A DNA stretch of 64,000 nucleotides from Minisyncoccota bacterium (GTDB lineage: Bacteria; Patescibacteriota; Minisyncoccia; Phycocordibacterales; UBA918): assembly GCA_041389025.1 (NCBI GenBank), contig JAWKSP010000001.1:542663-606662 (forward strand). Reading direction: 5' to 3'. The first letter of the stretch is position 1, and each line of letters starts with the position of its first letter. The notes under the pieces are model-generated. The model was given only the letters and a program-made list of their open reading frames with translations. It made no database searches and had not been told where the DNA came from. This document shows, one piece after another, positions 22,101 to 31,388 of the stretch. The position numbers were made by a program, and so were the translations under genes.

Positions 22101-22417
22101 TTGTTCTTTAAAATTACATTAGCTCGAAGTGGAGCTTCGTAAGTAAGCTTGTTTTCTTTAGCAAATTCTGGAGTACATTTTGGTGAACCTAGTTCATACT
22201 TCTTAAACTTAAGTTCAAACTTTTTTTCTGAATAGTCGGCGATTGGTGAAAATTCAGTAAAAATTTCTTTAAGAGCAGTCTCAACAAACCAACGAAATGA
22301 TTCTCGTTGTGGCTCAATCAAGTCTGGTAGTGGAATTTTTGGATCCGCACTAACCTGAAAGCGCTTTTGCGGCATTTGACCGACTGATCTATTTACATCC
22401 TTTGTTTTTGTTGCCAT
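19199..22417 (-). CDS. rpoB: RNA polymerase beta subunit
   Basis: GDKLAGRHGNKG, GGQRFGEMEVWAL, HYGRLCPIHTPEGPNIGL. Confidence 0.99.
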   Translation of the reverse strand: MATKTKDVNRSVGQMPQKRFQVSADPKIPLPDLIEPQRESFRWFVETALKEIFTEFSPIADYSEKKFELKFKKYELGSPKCTPEFAKENKLTYEAPLRANVILKNKTFESEKDQEIFMTDLPVMTEHGTFIINGVERVIVPQLARSYGIFFTQTESKGRQMFGAKIIPARGVWIEIESEADGVIYVKIDRKKKFPISSLLRVVGVEKDKEMIDLLKGVERGEEYMKATIAKDPAKTTDESFIEIYKRLRDGDLATVENAREFISSIFTSARYDLSEIGRHHFNERFGRPIDKKATDERTVSVEDLRLILTHIVTKNHEPGAVADDIDHLGFRRVRYFGEMLQQRVRVGMTRMKRNIQDRMSTIEAETSLPMQIINPRPLQAAIKEFFTTNQLSQFSQQQNILSEIEHLRTLSALGPGGLTRERASFEVRDIHPSHYGRLCPIHTPEGPNIGLILRLSMYSRVNRFGIIETPYAKVVKGVITGEVDYLNAHEEEKFNIAHAAVEADANGKIKSDMVEARKNGVPMLLSKKDIDYIDIATNQPFSVATSMIPFMNHDDANRTLMGSNMQKQATPCIVQEAPIVATGVEGMVSRDTHRVIYAEEAGEVIECDAKHVVVKNKDGKKKEYILSSFQKTNDFSAFYHRPAVTVGDKVKRGDLLADTSSTDNGQIAVGQNALVAFMSWNGANYEDAIVISERLVKQSKFSTVHLDELEVSVRDTKLGPEVTSSDIPNVSEIKLRNLDENGIIRIGAEVRPGDILVGKVTPKGETQLSPEERLLRSIFGEKAKDVKDTSLRLEAGKRGRVIGVKIFSRENGDQLESGVIKRIHITIAQVRNVSVGDKLAGRHGNKGVISRILPEEDMPFTEDGRPIDVLLTPLGVPSRMNLGQILELHLGMAANTLGYQAIVPPFAGATEDHVKAELKAAGLPEDGKIQLRDGLTGEEFSQKTAVGYMYILKLHHMVEDKIHMRSIGPYSLITQQPLGGKAQIGGQRFGEMEVWALLGYGAAYTLREMLTIKSDDIVGRSAAFDAIVRGEKISHPHTPAAFNVLVNQLRGLSLDVKLERDEVKRNYESRN

Positions 22418-22689
22418 ATAAATTATAAATAGTTACCTCCACCAAACATACGACAAATGGCGCAATAATTGCGCTTTATGTAATATATTTGGTTTTATCT
22501 GATTAATATCGACATCACGTGTTCGTGATTACCTCCGCGATATGAAAATCTCCCAACCACAACTCATTCGAGACCCCTTTGCGTATGGCGCGGATTATAT
22601 CAGATTACAGATTTTCTGCAATAGTGGATATTTAACAACTCAATTGCATTTTTTTTGGTATGGGATTTTAAGCACAAAAACAAGCTTTT

Positions 22690-23364
22690 CTATTCTTCCC
22701 TTTGCCATCTCTCTATCAAGGCTGGGTTACCACTGAGTAAAACTTCGGGAACTTTATATTCCTTCTTCTTGTATTTAAGAATCTCCGGCCTGGTGTAAAC
22801 TTTTCCGTTGGTTAACCTCTCGTCTTCCAGTGAATTGATTTCACCAAGCACTCCGGGGATTTGTCTAGCCGTAGCATCTATTATGGTAAGAGCCGGCAAC
22901 TCACCACCGGTCAGAATATAATCTCCCACCGACACTTCTTCCGCTTCGGTAATTTCTTTCACTCGATAGTCAATTCCTTCATATCGTCCACTTATCAGCA
23001 CCAAGTGGTCGTATTTTTTGGCGTATTCTTTCGCCAAATCTTGAGTGAATTTCACTCCTCGCGGTGACATGATAAGAGTTTTAATCTTTTTTTTATTTTG
23101 CTTACGACCAACCACCTTATCCCAAGCTTTTAGCACCGGCTCCGCCTGCATCACCATCCCCGGTCCACCACTGTACGGCTTATCGTCTACTTTGTGATGT
23201 TTGTCTTTAGAAAAATCGCGAGGATTGTAGTACGAAACCTCAATTTTCTTACCACGCATCTTAGCTCCTTTTCCCTTATCCGTCTTCTGCGCCCGCCCCA
23301 GAATACTAGCGTCGGTGTACGCTCGGCAAACATCTGGAAACAATGTGATGATATGAAAATGCAT
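22690..23364 (-). CDS. trmD: tRNA (guanine37-N1)-methyltransferase
   Basis: VDDKPYSGGPGMVM, SGRYEGID, SVGDYILTGGELPA. Confidence 0.97.
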   Translation of the reverse strand: MHFHIITLFPDVCRAYTDASILGRAQKTDKGKGAKMRGKKIEVSYYNPRDFSKDKHHKVDDKPYSGGPGMVMQAEPVLKAWDKVVGRKQNKKKIKTLIMSPRGVKFTQDLAKEYAKKYDHLVLISGRYEGIDYRVKEITEAEEVSVGDYILTGGELPALTIIDATARQIPGVLGEINSLEDERLTNGKVYTRPEILKYKKKEYKVPEVLLSGNPALIERWQREE

Positions 23365-23463
23365 AATTCTACATGATATTTATAACAGATATAGTGGTTT
23401 TAAAAAAGAAAATAACCACCAAGTGTTAGTTGGTGGTTTAGTTTAAAATCATAATCATAAATA

Positions 23464-23894
23464 TTATTGGTATATATTTTTAAATACATAGTCCAATATA
23501 TCGTTATATGATTCAATGCGAACCAACGCATCGTGTCCATATTTCAATGAAACGAATCCGTATTCAGGTCCATCTCTTTCTTCTGGTGCTTGATAGTAGA
23601 AGCGACCAAGTATTTCTTCCCGACCTTTATAACGCACAAGCAAAACAGGTGGAGCTAAAGTACGGCCATTTTCTTTTAACCATCTAACTGACATTAACTC
23701 AATATCACGCAATCCTTCAACACAACTATAGTAAACATAACGGCTCGATACTACAAAAGGCTGTTTACTTATGTCCCCGTTAAAAGGTGTTTTTTTATTA
23801 TTAGAGAAGACCAACCATGCGATAAAAAATCTTCTGAAGTAGAATAATTTTTATCTTTAACTGGATCAATCCAGTACCTATTTTTCTCACTCAT
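23464..23894 (-). pseudogene. Hypothetical gene split by a one-base frameshift (or programmed -1 slip)
   Basis: Promoter TTGACT-16-TACAAT and SD GGAGAG precede the ATG at 23894. That frame stops after 41 codons, while the -1 frame continues to 23464. Confidence 0.55.
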
Positions 23895-23963
23895 CAAACA
23901 CTCTCCATGTATGTTTATGTGAAATAAGACCAATATTGTATGACAATATTTAAAAAAGTCAAC

Positions 23964-23994
23964 AGCACCATTTAGACTTTGTCTAAACGGTGCT
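23964..23994 (-). terminator. Hairpin or terminator after khpA
   Basis: AGCACC(A)TTTAGAC-TTT-GTCTAAA(C)GGTGCT. Confidence 0.55.
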
Positions 23995-24017
23995 ATTGCA
24001 ACTTTAAAGTATTTTAA

Positions 24018-24374
24018 CTATATCTTCAAATCATCAATCGCTTGATCTAGAGATTTTGGTTCGGTAGCTGGATTGTCTTCATTCATAGCCTCAGACATTT
24101 CTCTATCCATACCTCGACTTCCCCCTTCCGGTTCATTAATCTTAAGATTAACCCTGGCATCATGCTTCATTCCCACCACTCGTAAAAGGGTGCGGATAGC
24201 CTTGGCGGTATTACCGGAACGGCCGATAATCTTACCCATATCATCAGCATGCACGTCTAGTGTAAGTAATACACCCATTTCATCTACAGTACGATTCACC
24301 TTAACACTCTCAGGATGATCTACAAGAGATTTTACTAGGGTTTCTAGAAACTGCTTATCTTCATTAGTGTCCAT
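24018..24374 (-). CDS. khpA: KH-domain RNA-binding protein
   Basis: DMGKIIGRSGNTAKAIRTLL; located between rpsP and trmD. Confidence 0.93.
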   Translation of the reverse strand: MDTNEDKQFLETLVKSLVDHPESVKVNRTVDEMGVLLTLDVHADDMGKIIGRSGNTAKAIRTLLRVVGMKHDARVNLKINEPEGGSRGMDREMSEAMNEDNPATEPKSLDQAIDDLKI

Positions 24375-24463
24375 ACATCAACTTCTTAGCTTAACTGTTA
24401 AGCATTCGCCTTAATAGCGCTTGCTACTCTTAATAATACGAAAAGCCTAAAGAAACGTCAACA

Positions 24464-24492
24464 AAAACTGTACACAAGAGGTGTACAGTTTT
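24464..24492 (-). terminator. rpsP terminator
   Basis: AAAACTGTACAC-loop-GTGTACAGTTTT. Confidence 0.7.
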
Positions 24493-24516
24493 GGAAAAAA
24501 CAATAGACTTGATGGA

Positions 24517-24987
24517 TTAAGCGGTAGCTTTTTCTATCTCCTTAGCTTCCTCAGTGGCTTCTGTCTCAGCCGGAGCCTCCTCAGATTTCTCAGCCTCAGC
24601 CTCTGCTTTTGGTTCTTCTTCTACTTTTGCCTCAGCCTCTGCTTTTTCTTTAGCTTCCTGTTCAGCCTTTTCCTTAGCTTCTGCCTCTGCTTTTAGTTTA
24701 GCCTCATCAATAATTGGAGATTTTTTAGGTAAAACATTTTTCTTTTTACCGTCTATAACCTTTTGTGACACTAAAATATTGTACATAGTATCTGAAGGTT
24801 GTACTCCTTTTGAAAGCCAGTCTTTAGCCTTGTCTTTATCAAGCTGAACGTGATTTAATTTTGGATTATATGAACCTAAGTGATCCACATGTTTATTACT
24901 CTTAGGACCAGTTCGTTTATCCACCACCACGATTCGGTATGAAGGGTCGTTCTTTCGACCAACCCGTTGTAATCGCATCATTAACAT
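24517..24987 (-). CDS. rpsP: 30S ribosomal protein S16 with an acidic Ala/Glu C-terminal tail
   Basis: MRLQRVGRKNDPSYRIVVVD..LGSYNP..WLSKGVQPSDT. Confidence 0.96.
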   Translation of the reverse strand: MLMMRLQRVGRKNDPSYRIVVVDKRTGPKSNKHVDHLGSYNPKLNHVQLDKDKAKDWLSKGVQPSDTMYNILVSQKVIDGKKKNVLPKKSPIIDEAKLKAEAEAKEKAEQEAKEKAEAEAKVEEEPKAEAEAEKSEEAPAETEATEEAKEIEKATA

Positions 24988-25090
24988 AAGTGGAGCTAGA
25001 GTAGCAGATTATATAAGTTTGGTCAACAACTAAACAGTTAAAATAACCTAGCTATATTTAGTCCTATTAAAGCCTGAGTAAAAAAGTTAA

Positions 25091-25351
25091 TTAATATGTA
25101 TTATCACTTCTCTTTTCAGCCTTCATTATGACAATAATCTCATTATCTACATCCAATTGATAAAGAACACGAAATTTTCCCACTCTTTTTCGATAGGTAG
25201 TAGGGACAACTCCTTTTAGTTTTTTAAAATCACCGTTTAAAGGGTTTTCTTCAACCTCTTCTAAAGCTTTAATTAATACTTTTGACTCAGCTTTATTTAA
25301 CTTTGTTACGTGCTTTACCACGTTCTTCGGAATTATTATCTTCCAAGACAT
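25091..25351 (-). CDS. RelE/ParE-family toxin
   Basis: 86 aa, basic, KKLKG...YRKRVGKFRVLY motif. Confidence 0.85.
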   Translation of the reverse strand: MSWKIIIPKNVVKHVTKLNKAESKVLIKALEEVEENPLNGDFKKLKGVVPTTYRKRVGKFRVLYQLDVDNEIIVIMKAEKRSDNTY

Positions 25352-25583
25352 CTTTTAGCTGATTAAGTGTCAACCCTTGCTCTAAAGCGTATTCTTGACC
25401 ACTGATTTTTATAGCCTCTAAATCGTCAGCTTCTACTATCTCCTCAGGAGTTCTAGCTGAAATGTAAGCCAATAAAGCTCGTCGCATGATCGAAGACCGA
25501 GACCGGTCTTCGATCTGGCCTAGTTGGTCAACCTGCTTTATAAGCGCTGATGGGATCGACACACTTATAATGTTTTTTTGCAT
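25293..25583 (-). CDS. Ribbon-helix-helix (CopG-like) antitoxin
   Basis: ISVSIP..LIKQVD....RSRSSIMRRAL RHH pattern, acidic C-terminal half, overlaps the toxin start. Confidence 0.8.
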   Translation of the reverse strand: MQKNIISVSIPSALIKQVDQLGQIEDRSRSSIMRRALLAYISARTPEEIVEADDLEAIKISGQEYALEQGLTLNQLKDVLEDNNSEERGKARNKVK

Positions 25584-25804
25584 ACCTATACTTATACAAT
25601 CTTTTTTATATTTGTTTAATAATGACTTAATGCTGTAACGCCTAAAAAATGGCTAAAAAATGCTGATATTGTCATAAGTTACTAATTTTTATTAAAAGTT
25701 AATAACTTTTAATAAGGTATCACCTATCTGATCTATTGTCAACAGATTTATATATTCATACCAAAACAGTGGAAATATTAGTAGTCAATGCTATACTCCG
25801 AAGC

Positions 25805-27748
25805 ATGAACAAACTAAAAACATACGAAGGGATAATCATGATCCGCGGCAAGGGCACCGGCTTTGTGAACCACCCTGACTTCGAGGAAGATATCGTGATC
25901 GAGCGCGAAGCCTTAGGCTTCGCGCTCGACGGCGATGTTGTAAAAATCGAAATAAAGAAAAAAATCCCCGGCAGACGACAAGAAGGAAAAGTTTTAGAAG
26001 TAGTAAAACCTGCTTATCGAGAATTAATCGGTACCGTTAAAGAAAAAGACGTAGATGGAAAAACTATAAAGTACCTCCACCCAGATAATAGCCGTATTCA
26101 TATAAGACCCATTCTCCCAGAAGCAACCAGTAACGACTTAAACATGAAAGTGGTGGTAGAAATTAGTAAATGGAGTAATCCTACTCTTGACCCACTAGCC
26201 AGAATTACTGAAACTATCGGTCACGCCGGTGATCATGAAACCGAAATGCAGGCCATTATTAGAAGTGGTGGCTTTGCTAAAACCTTCCCAGAATCAGTAC
26301 AAAGAGCAGCTCAAACTCTACACGACAATCAGGCTCAGATTTTTGCCGACGCTCTCAAAGACCCAAAACGTCGAGACTTTCGTGGTATTACCACCCTAAC
26401 CATCGACCCAGCCGATGCTAAAGATTTTGATGACGCTCTTTCCTGTCAGGTTTTGCCCTCAGGAAATATTGAGGTCGGTATCCATATTGCTGATGTATCA
26501 CACTATGTACGAGAAAATGACGATATAGACACCGAAGCTAAAGAACGTGCCACTTCTGTTTATTTAGTAGACCGAGTGATTCCTATGCTACCGGAAATCC
26601 TCTCTAACGACCTTTGTTCACTTCGACCTAATGAAGACCGATTAGCTTTTTCGGCTGTCTTTGAACTAACCAAAGACGCCAAAATAGAAAATGCTTGGTA
26701 CGGTCAAACTATCATACACTCTGACTATCGTTTTAGTTATGAAGATGCTCAGAAAGTATTAGATGAAAAAGATGGACCATATCTAAAAGAACTACAGACC
26801 ATGATGGATCTGGGCCGTATTTTACGCAAAAAACGCTATCAAGCCGGTGCTATTGCCTTTGAACAACCAGAGGTCAAATTTGAATTAGATGAACGAGGTT
26901 CACCAATTAATGCCTACAAAAAACACCGAACTGAAACTATGTTAATGATTGAAGACTTCATGCTTTTAGCCAACCGTGAAGTTGCCACTTATGTCTACAA
27001 CCTTTGTCGCGACAAAGGTCGAGAACAAGCTTTTGTTTACCGTACCCACGACACCCCTGACCCAGACAAGTTAGAAGAATTAGGTACTTTCCTTAGAGCA
27101 ATTGGTTATGAATTTGAAGTAAACAAAGGCACTGTTAAAGCTACTGCCATTAATGATCTTCTAAAAGAAATTGAGGGCAAATCAGAAGAAAATTTAATCA
27201 AAACCGCCACTATTCGCTCAATGGCTAAAGCCATTTATTCCACCAAAAATATTGGGCACTTTGGTTTAGCCTTTAAGTACTATACCCACTTCACTTCTCC
27301 AATCCGTCGCTATCCTGATCTTATGGTGCACCGTATGCTTCGCCGTCACTTAGATAATTCAACCATTGGATCAAAAGAATTAGCTAAATACGAACAAATG
27401 TCTATTAAGTCCTCACAGCGTGAAATGGAAGCTGTTTCAGCCGAAAGAGATTCAATTAAATTTAAACAAGTAGAATATTTAATGAATAAAGTTGGTGAAA
27501 CTTTTGAAGGCGTCATTACCGGTGTAACCGACTGGGGCATCTACGTCCAAGAACAAAATACCTTAGCAGAAGGTATGGTTAGACTATCTAGTATAAAAAG
27601 TGATTACTTTGAACATGAAGCCAGCAAATACCGTATTAAAGGCCAAAAAACTGGCAAGGTTTATCAGCTTGGAGATGCGGTAAAAGTAAAACTCACTCGC
27701 GCTGATAAAGATGAAAGGCAATTGGATTTTGAGTTGATGGAGAAATAG
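25805..27748 (+). CDS. rnr: Ribonuclease R (RNB domain plus S1)
   Basis: TIDPADAKDFDDA, YTHFTSPIRRYPDL, C-terminal S1; start reset to MNKLK. Confidence 0.95.
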   Translation: MNKLKTYEGIIMIRGKGTGFVNHPDFEEDIVIEREALGFALDGDVVKIEIKKKIPGRRQEGKVLEVVKPAYRELIGTVKEKDVDGKTIKYLHPDNSRIHIRPILPEATSNDLNMKVVVEISKWSNPTLDPLARITETIGHAGDHETEMQAIIRSGGFAKTFPESVQRAAQTLHDNQAQIFADALKDPKRRDFRGITTLTIDPADAKDFDDALSCQVLPSGNIEVGIHIADVSHYVRENDDIDTEAKERATSVYLVDRVIPMLPEILSNDLCSLRPNEDRLAFSAVFELTKDAKIENAWYGQTIIHSDYRFSYEDAQKVLDEKDGPYLKELQTMMDLGRILRKKRYQAGAIAFEQPEVKFELDERGSPINAYKKHRTETMLMIEDFMLLANREVATYVYNLCRDKGREQAFVYRTHDTPDPDKLEELGTFLRAIGYEFEVNKGTVKATAINDLLKEIEGKSEENLIKTATIRSMAKAIYSTKNIGHFGLAFKYYTHFTSPIRRYPDLMVHRMLRRHLDNSTIGSKELAKYEQMSIKSSQREMEAVSAERDSIKFKQVEYLMNKVGETFEGVITGVTDWGIYVQEQNTLAEGMVRLSSIKSDYFEHEASKYRIKGQKTGKVYQLGDAVKVKLTRADKDERQLDFELMEK

Positions 27749-27772
27749 AGAAGCCAGCCAGATATAGACAAT

Positions 27773-27822
27773 ATAAAACACTATGCCCGCAAACCTAAAG
27801 GTTTGCGGGCATAGTGTTTTAT
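27773..27822. terminator. Perfect inverted repeat with 24-bp arms after rnr
   Basis: ATAAAACACTATGCCCGCAAACCT-AA-AGGTTTGCGGGCATAGTGTTTTAT. Confidence 0.75.
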
Positions 27823-27909
27823 TAAAGTTTTAGTTTTCTTGATATTGTAAACTTGTGTGTTACACTGGCGGTTGCACATGTTCATATGATTTTTTGACAG
27901 GAGATTCAA

Positions 27910-28374
27910 ATGACAAAAGCAAGTTTTTCATCATTGAAAGAATTACAATCCAAAGACCCAGAATATAAATGGAAAATTATGTACGCTTCTTTTATGTTTC
28001 CAACACAAAAGAAAATTTGGTGGGTTTTTTCAAGCATAGAGCCTGACGAGTTTTACAACGACTCCATAAATTTAAGTACTCGTATAGATATTATTTGCGA
28101 ACTGATTAATACAGAAAAGTTAGAGGTCAATAATATTAGACTATTTGATCTCCAAACAAGTAGCTATTATCCTAATATACGTTCAGGTGAATTTGCATTT
28201 GAGGAGCAGTTAGACTTTGAAACACCGGAAGAGTACGAACGGGTAATTGGCTGTCCCAAATTAGTGCAGAATGTATTTAAAGATTTAATTGGTAAAAAGC
28301 TTCAAAACAAAATTACAAAATTAACAGCCAATGACACTGAAAATCTTCTTTTTTTATTTAAAAAATGTACTTAA
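27910..28374 (+). CDS. Hypothetical protein
   Basis: 154-aa ORF, SD GGAG, promoter TTGATA-16-TACACT, terminator at 28418-28451. Confidence 0.7.
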   Translation: MTKASFSSLKELQSKDPEYKWKIMYASFMFPTQKKIWWVFSSIEPDEFYNDSINLSTRIDIICELINTEKLEVNNIRLFDLQTSSYYPNIRSGEFAFEEQLDFETPEEYERVIGCPKLVQNVFKDLIGKKLQNKITKLTANDTENLLFLFKKCT

Positions 28375-28417
28375 AGTAACAAAAAGAAGATTTGTGGTTT
28401 CTACTTAATTCATTTTT

Positions 28418-28458
28418 AAAAGCATCTTTTGGTAAGCCAAAAGATGCTTTTATTTTTT
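28418..28458. terminator. Bidirectional terminator
   Basis: AAAAGCATCTTTTGG-TAAG-CCAAAAGATGCTTTT. Confidence 0.7.
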
Positions 28459-28565
28459 GTATTTTGCATATAGTTAAAACAAAGTGATGATGTGCCGATG
28501 ATTTTTCTAGTGGTGAAAAATCACTGGCGAAAATTCGCAATAATCGCTACGCTCATTTGCTCATT

Positions 28566-30833
28566 TTACTTCGCCACCGCTACCGCTTCATCCAACTTCA
28601 CCGACAAGAGTTTAGATACACCATCTCCACCCATTGTTACCCCATACAAGATACCGGCTCGACTCATTGTCTCTCGATTATGAGTAATAAGTATAAGTTG
28701 TGACTTCTCAGCTAAAGCTTCAATCATATCGCCATAACGGCGACTATTCGCCTCATCAAGTGCCGCGTCGGTCTCGTCAAGAATAATAAATGGCGGTGGA
28801 TTAACTTGACTCATCGCAAAAATAAGAGCGATTGAGGTTAAAGCCCGTTCTCCTCCTGACAGCATCTCGAGTCCTTTTACTCGTTTGTTTGGTAACTTTA
28901 CCGAAAGTTCTATTCCATTTTGACCAATTTTTGACTTATCTTTTTCGTTATCAATCTCATCAACTTCATCATCTGTATTATTTGATTTTATCTTTACTTT
29001 GTTTAGACCAGCCTCACCGCCACCAAACATTAGAATAAAAAACTTGTTAAATTCAACCGAAATTTTATCAATCCCTTCATTGAATTGAATTTCTAACTTT
29101 TCATTTAAATCATCGATTAATAAATTTAATTTCTCAATCGATTCTTCCAAATCGGTTATCTCCTTAGCCAAAAAAGCGTCACGTTCTTTTGCATCATTAA
29201 ATTCTTTTACCACATCTTCAGTCGCACCAATTCCTAACTCTTCTAAACGAATTTTTAATTTTTCCAACTCATGACGACGTTCACGCTGTTTAGCTCTATC
29301 CTCTTCAATAATTTTTTCTTGCGGTATTATCTGTCCGTCTTTATCTTTAACAACGTATTCAAAATAACGAGAAGCACCACGTCCCAAAAGAGTTACTGCT
29401 TCTTGTAATTCTTCTTTAAACTCTTGCCTGTCTCTTTCTAAAACCGACAACTCACGGTCGATTTTTTCCAACTCAGATTCAAGTTCACGCTCTATACCTA
29501 CCAGTCGAAAAACTTCTCTTTCTGTCTCTCGACCCTCAGTTGCTTTTGTCGCCCTTTCCTTTTCCAATTCAGCATACTCAGACTTTACTTTTTCTTCATG
29601 ATTACTAACTATTTCTACTTTTTTAGCTAATTTTTCTAGCTCTTTTTGTAGTTTATTGAGTTCTTCTTGATCTACCTCTTTAGTCGAATCAATCTTCACC
29701 TCAGACCGTTCAACAAAAATTTTTAACCGATGCACAATGTCAGATAAAGCTCTTTGCAATAATGAAACATTCTCCTGCTTACTAACTTTATCGGTTTGTT
29801 TTTCGATATCAGCAATTAATTTTTGTAATTCTGAATAAGCAATGACTTTATTATTAGCAACACTCTTTTGCTTCTCCATATCACCCAAACGACGCTCCAA
29901 AAAAACAATTTGTCCTTCACATTTACTGTACTCATTTTCAACCAGTCTTCTTTCTTCCATTGCTTTTCTAACCGCCTCTTCAGCTTTAATCAATGGTTCT
30001 GAATCTTGTTTTGATTCGGTCTTTTGTAAAATTTCTTTAGCCCTAACAACCGCTTCTCTGGTTTCTTTTAATTTAATTTCCGGATCATGACGTAATTTTG
30101 TCAGGCGGTCGTGATGAAAAGCGATATAAGTATCCTCACGGCGTAAGTACTCAGCGTAGACATCCTTTAGTTCTTCTTGTAACTCTAAAGATTTTTCAAT
30201 TTTTTGTACTTGTTTTTCTAAATATTTTAAATGTGGAGCCGCTTCACGTCGCAAAGATTCTACTTGAGTAACGTTTTCTTTGGTTTTTGAAAGTTTTTTC
30301 TCTGCCTCTTGTTTTTTGTATTGATAAACTTTAAGACCAAGAGCATCCTCGATAATTTCTCGTCGTTCTTTCGCTCCAGCTGACAACACTCGATCAGCTT
30401 CACCTTGTGAAATAATATGATGTCCAGTAGCTCCAATATTGGCTGAAGCTAATAACTCTTGAATATCTTTTAGACGCACCGACGAACCATTTAGCAAATA
30501 TTCGTTTTGACCATCACGATGGACTACTCGCTCGATTTTGACTTCATCAAAATCGAGCGGAAATGTCCGCTTAATATTATCAAGCAATATAACCACACTG
30601 GCTCGATTACCACGAGACACCTGTCCTGAACCACCCCAAATCAAATCTTCACCCCGCTTTCCACGCATTGACTTGACTGACTGTTCACCGAGTGCAAAGC
30701 GAAAAGATTCAGCTACATTACTTTTACCGGAACCATTAGGGCCAACAATGGCTGTGATTGGCGCCGAAAATTCCAGCTCGCTTTTCTTAGCGAAAGACTT
30801 AAAGCCGGAAATTGTCAGTTCCTTTAAATACAT
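28566..30833 (-). CDS. smc: Short SMC-family ATPase (755 aa, no recognisable hinge)
   Basis: GFKSF, GPNGSGKSN, ISQG, LSGGERAL, LDETDAALD, ITHNRETM. Confidence 0.88.
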   Translation of the reverse strand: MYLKELTISGFKSFAKKSELEFSAPITAIVGPNGSGKSNVAESFRFALGEQSVKSMRGKRGEDLIWGGSGQVSRGNRASVVILLDNIKRTFPLDFDEVKIERVVHRDGQNEYLLNGSSVRLKDIQELLASANIGATGHHIISQGEADRVLSAGAKERREIIEDALGLKVYQYKKQEAEKKLSKTKENVTQVESLRREAAPHLKYLEKQVQKIEKSLELQEELKDVYAEYLRREDTYIAFHHDRLTKLRHDPEIKLKETREAVVRAKEILQKTESKQDSEPLIKAEEAVRKAMEERRLVENEYSKCEGQIVFLERRLGDMEKQKSVANNKVIAYSELQKLIADIEKQTDKVSKQENVSLLQRALSDIVHRLKIFVERSEVKIDSTKEVDQEELNKLQKELEKLAKKVEIVSNHEEKVKSEYAELEKERATKATEGRETEREVFRLVGIERELESELEKIDRELSVLERDRQEFKEELQEAVTLLGRGASRYFEYVVKDKDGQIIPQEKIIEEDRAKQRERRHELEKLKIRLEELGIGATEDVVKEFNDAKERDAFLAKEITDLEESIEKLNLLIDDLNEKLEIQFNEGIDKISVEFNKFFILMFGGGEAGLNKVKIKSNNTDDEVDEIDNEKDKSKIGQNGIELSVKLPNKRVKGLEMLSGGERALTSIALIFAMSQVNPPPFIILDETDAALDEANSRRYGDMIEALAEKSQLILITHNRETMSRAGILYGVTMGGDGVSKLLSVKLDEAVAVAK

Positions 30834-30843
30834 TTACAAAAAA

Positions 30844-31383
30844 TTACCATTGTTCTGCTCCGGAACTATACACAGCATAAGTATTAGCTGGTGCGGTAGC
30901 CGGACAATCCGATCCACCCGACTTTGGACAACGGGCAAATTCATCACCGTAATTGTCGACAGTTAGAGTCTCTACGCTATCGTAAACCATTATTTTGTAG
31001 CTGTTTCCATCAGAACTATAGTAGAATCCTTTATCAGTTTCGTTCTCTTGATTGGGGTCGGTTGGTAATTCTGATATGAAGTCTGGAGTTAATCCTGTGA
31101 TATATGTAGAACAACTAGCAAAACCAGAACCACCAGCTAGGCCAGGTCCGGCAAAGGATCCGGCAGTACCACAACCTTGCGCTGGATATTGTCCGTTCTG
31201 TGACTTATACAACTCCACTGCTAACTGTAGCTCTTTAAGCGAAGTCATACGCACTTTATCTCGTGACTGTTCTCTGGCACTTTCAAAATTGGCGTACAAG
31301 ATGGATGACAAAATACCGATAATAGCGATGGTAACTAAAAGTTCTATTAAAGTGAATCCGTTTTTAATGTTAAATCTTTTCAT
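30844..31383 (-). CDS. Type IV pilin / GspG-like prepilin
   Basis: G|FTLIELLVTIAIIGIL class III signal, LPTDP motif, Cys pairs. Confidence 0.9.
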   Translation of the reverse strand: MKRFNIKNGFTLIELLVTIAIIGILSSILYANFESAREQSRDKVRMTSLKELQLAVELYKSQNGQYPAQGCGTAGSFAGPGLAGGSGFASCSTYITGLTPDFISELPTDPNQENETDKGFYYSSDGNSYKIMVYDSVETLTVDNYGDEFARCPKSGGSDCPATAPANTYAVYSSGAEQW

Positions 31384-31388
31384 AAATA

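Noticed and set aside
24481-24847. Ser/Ala/Leu-rich plus-strand ORFs
   Set aside because: Antisense shadows of the low-complexity rpsP tail.
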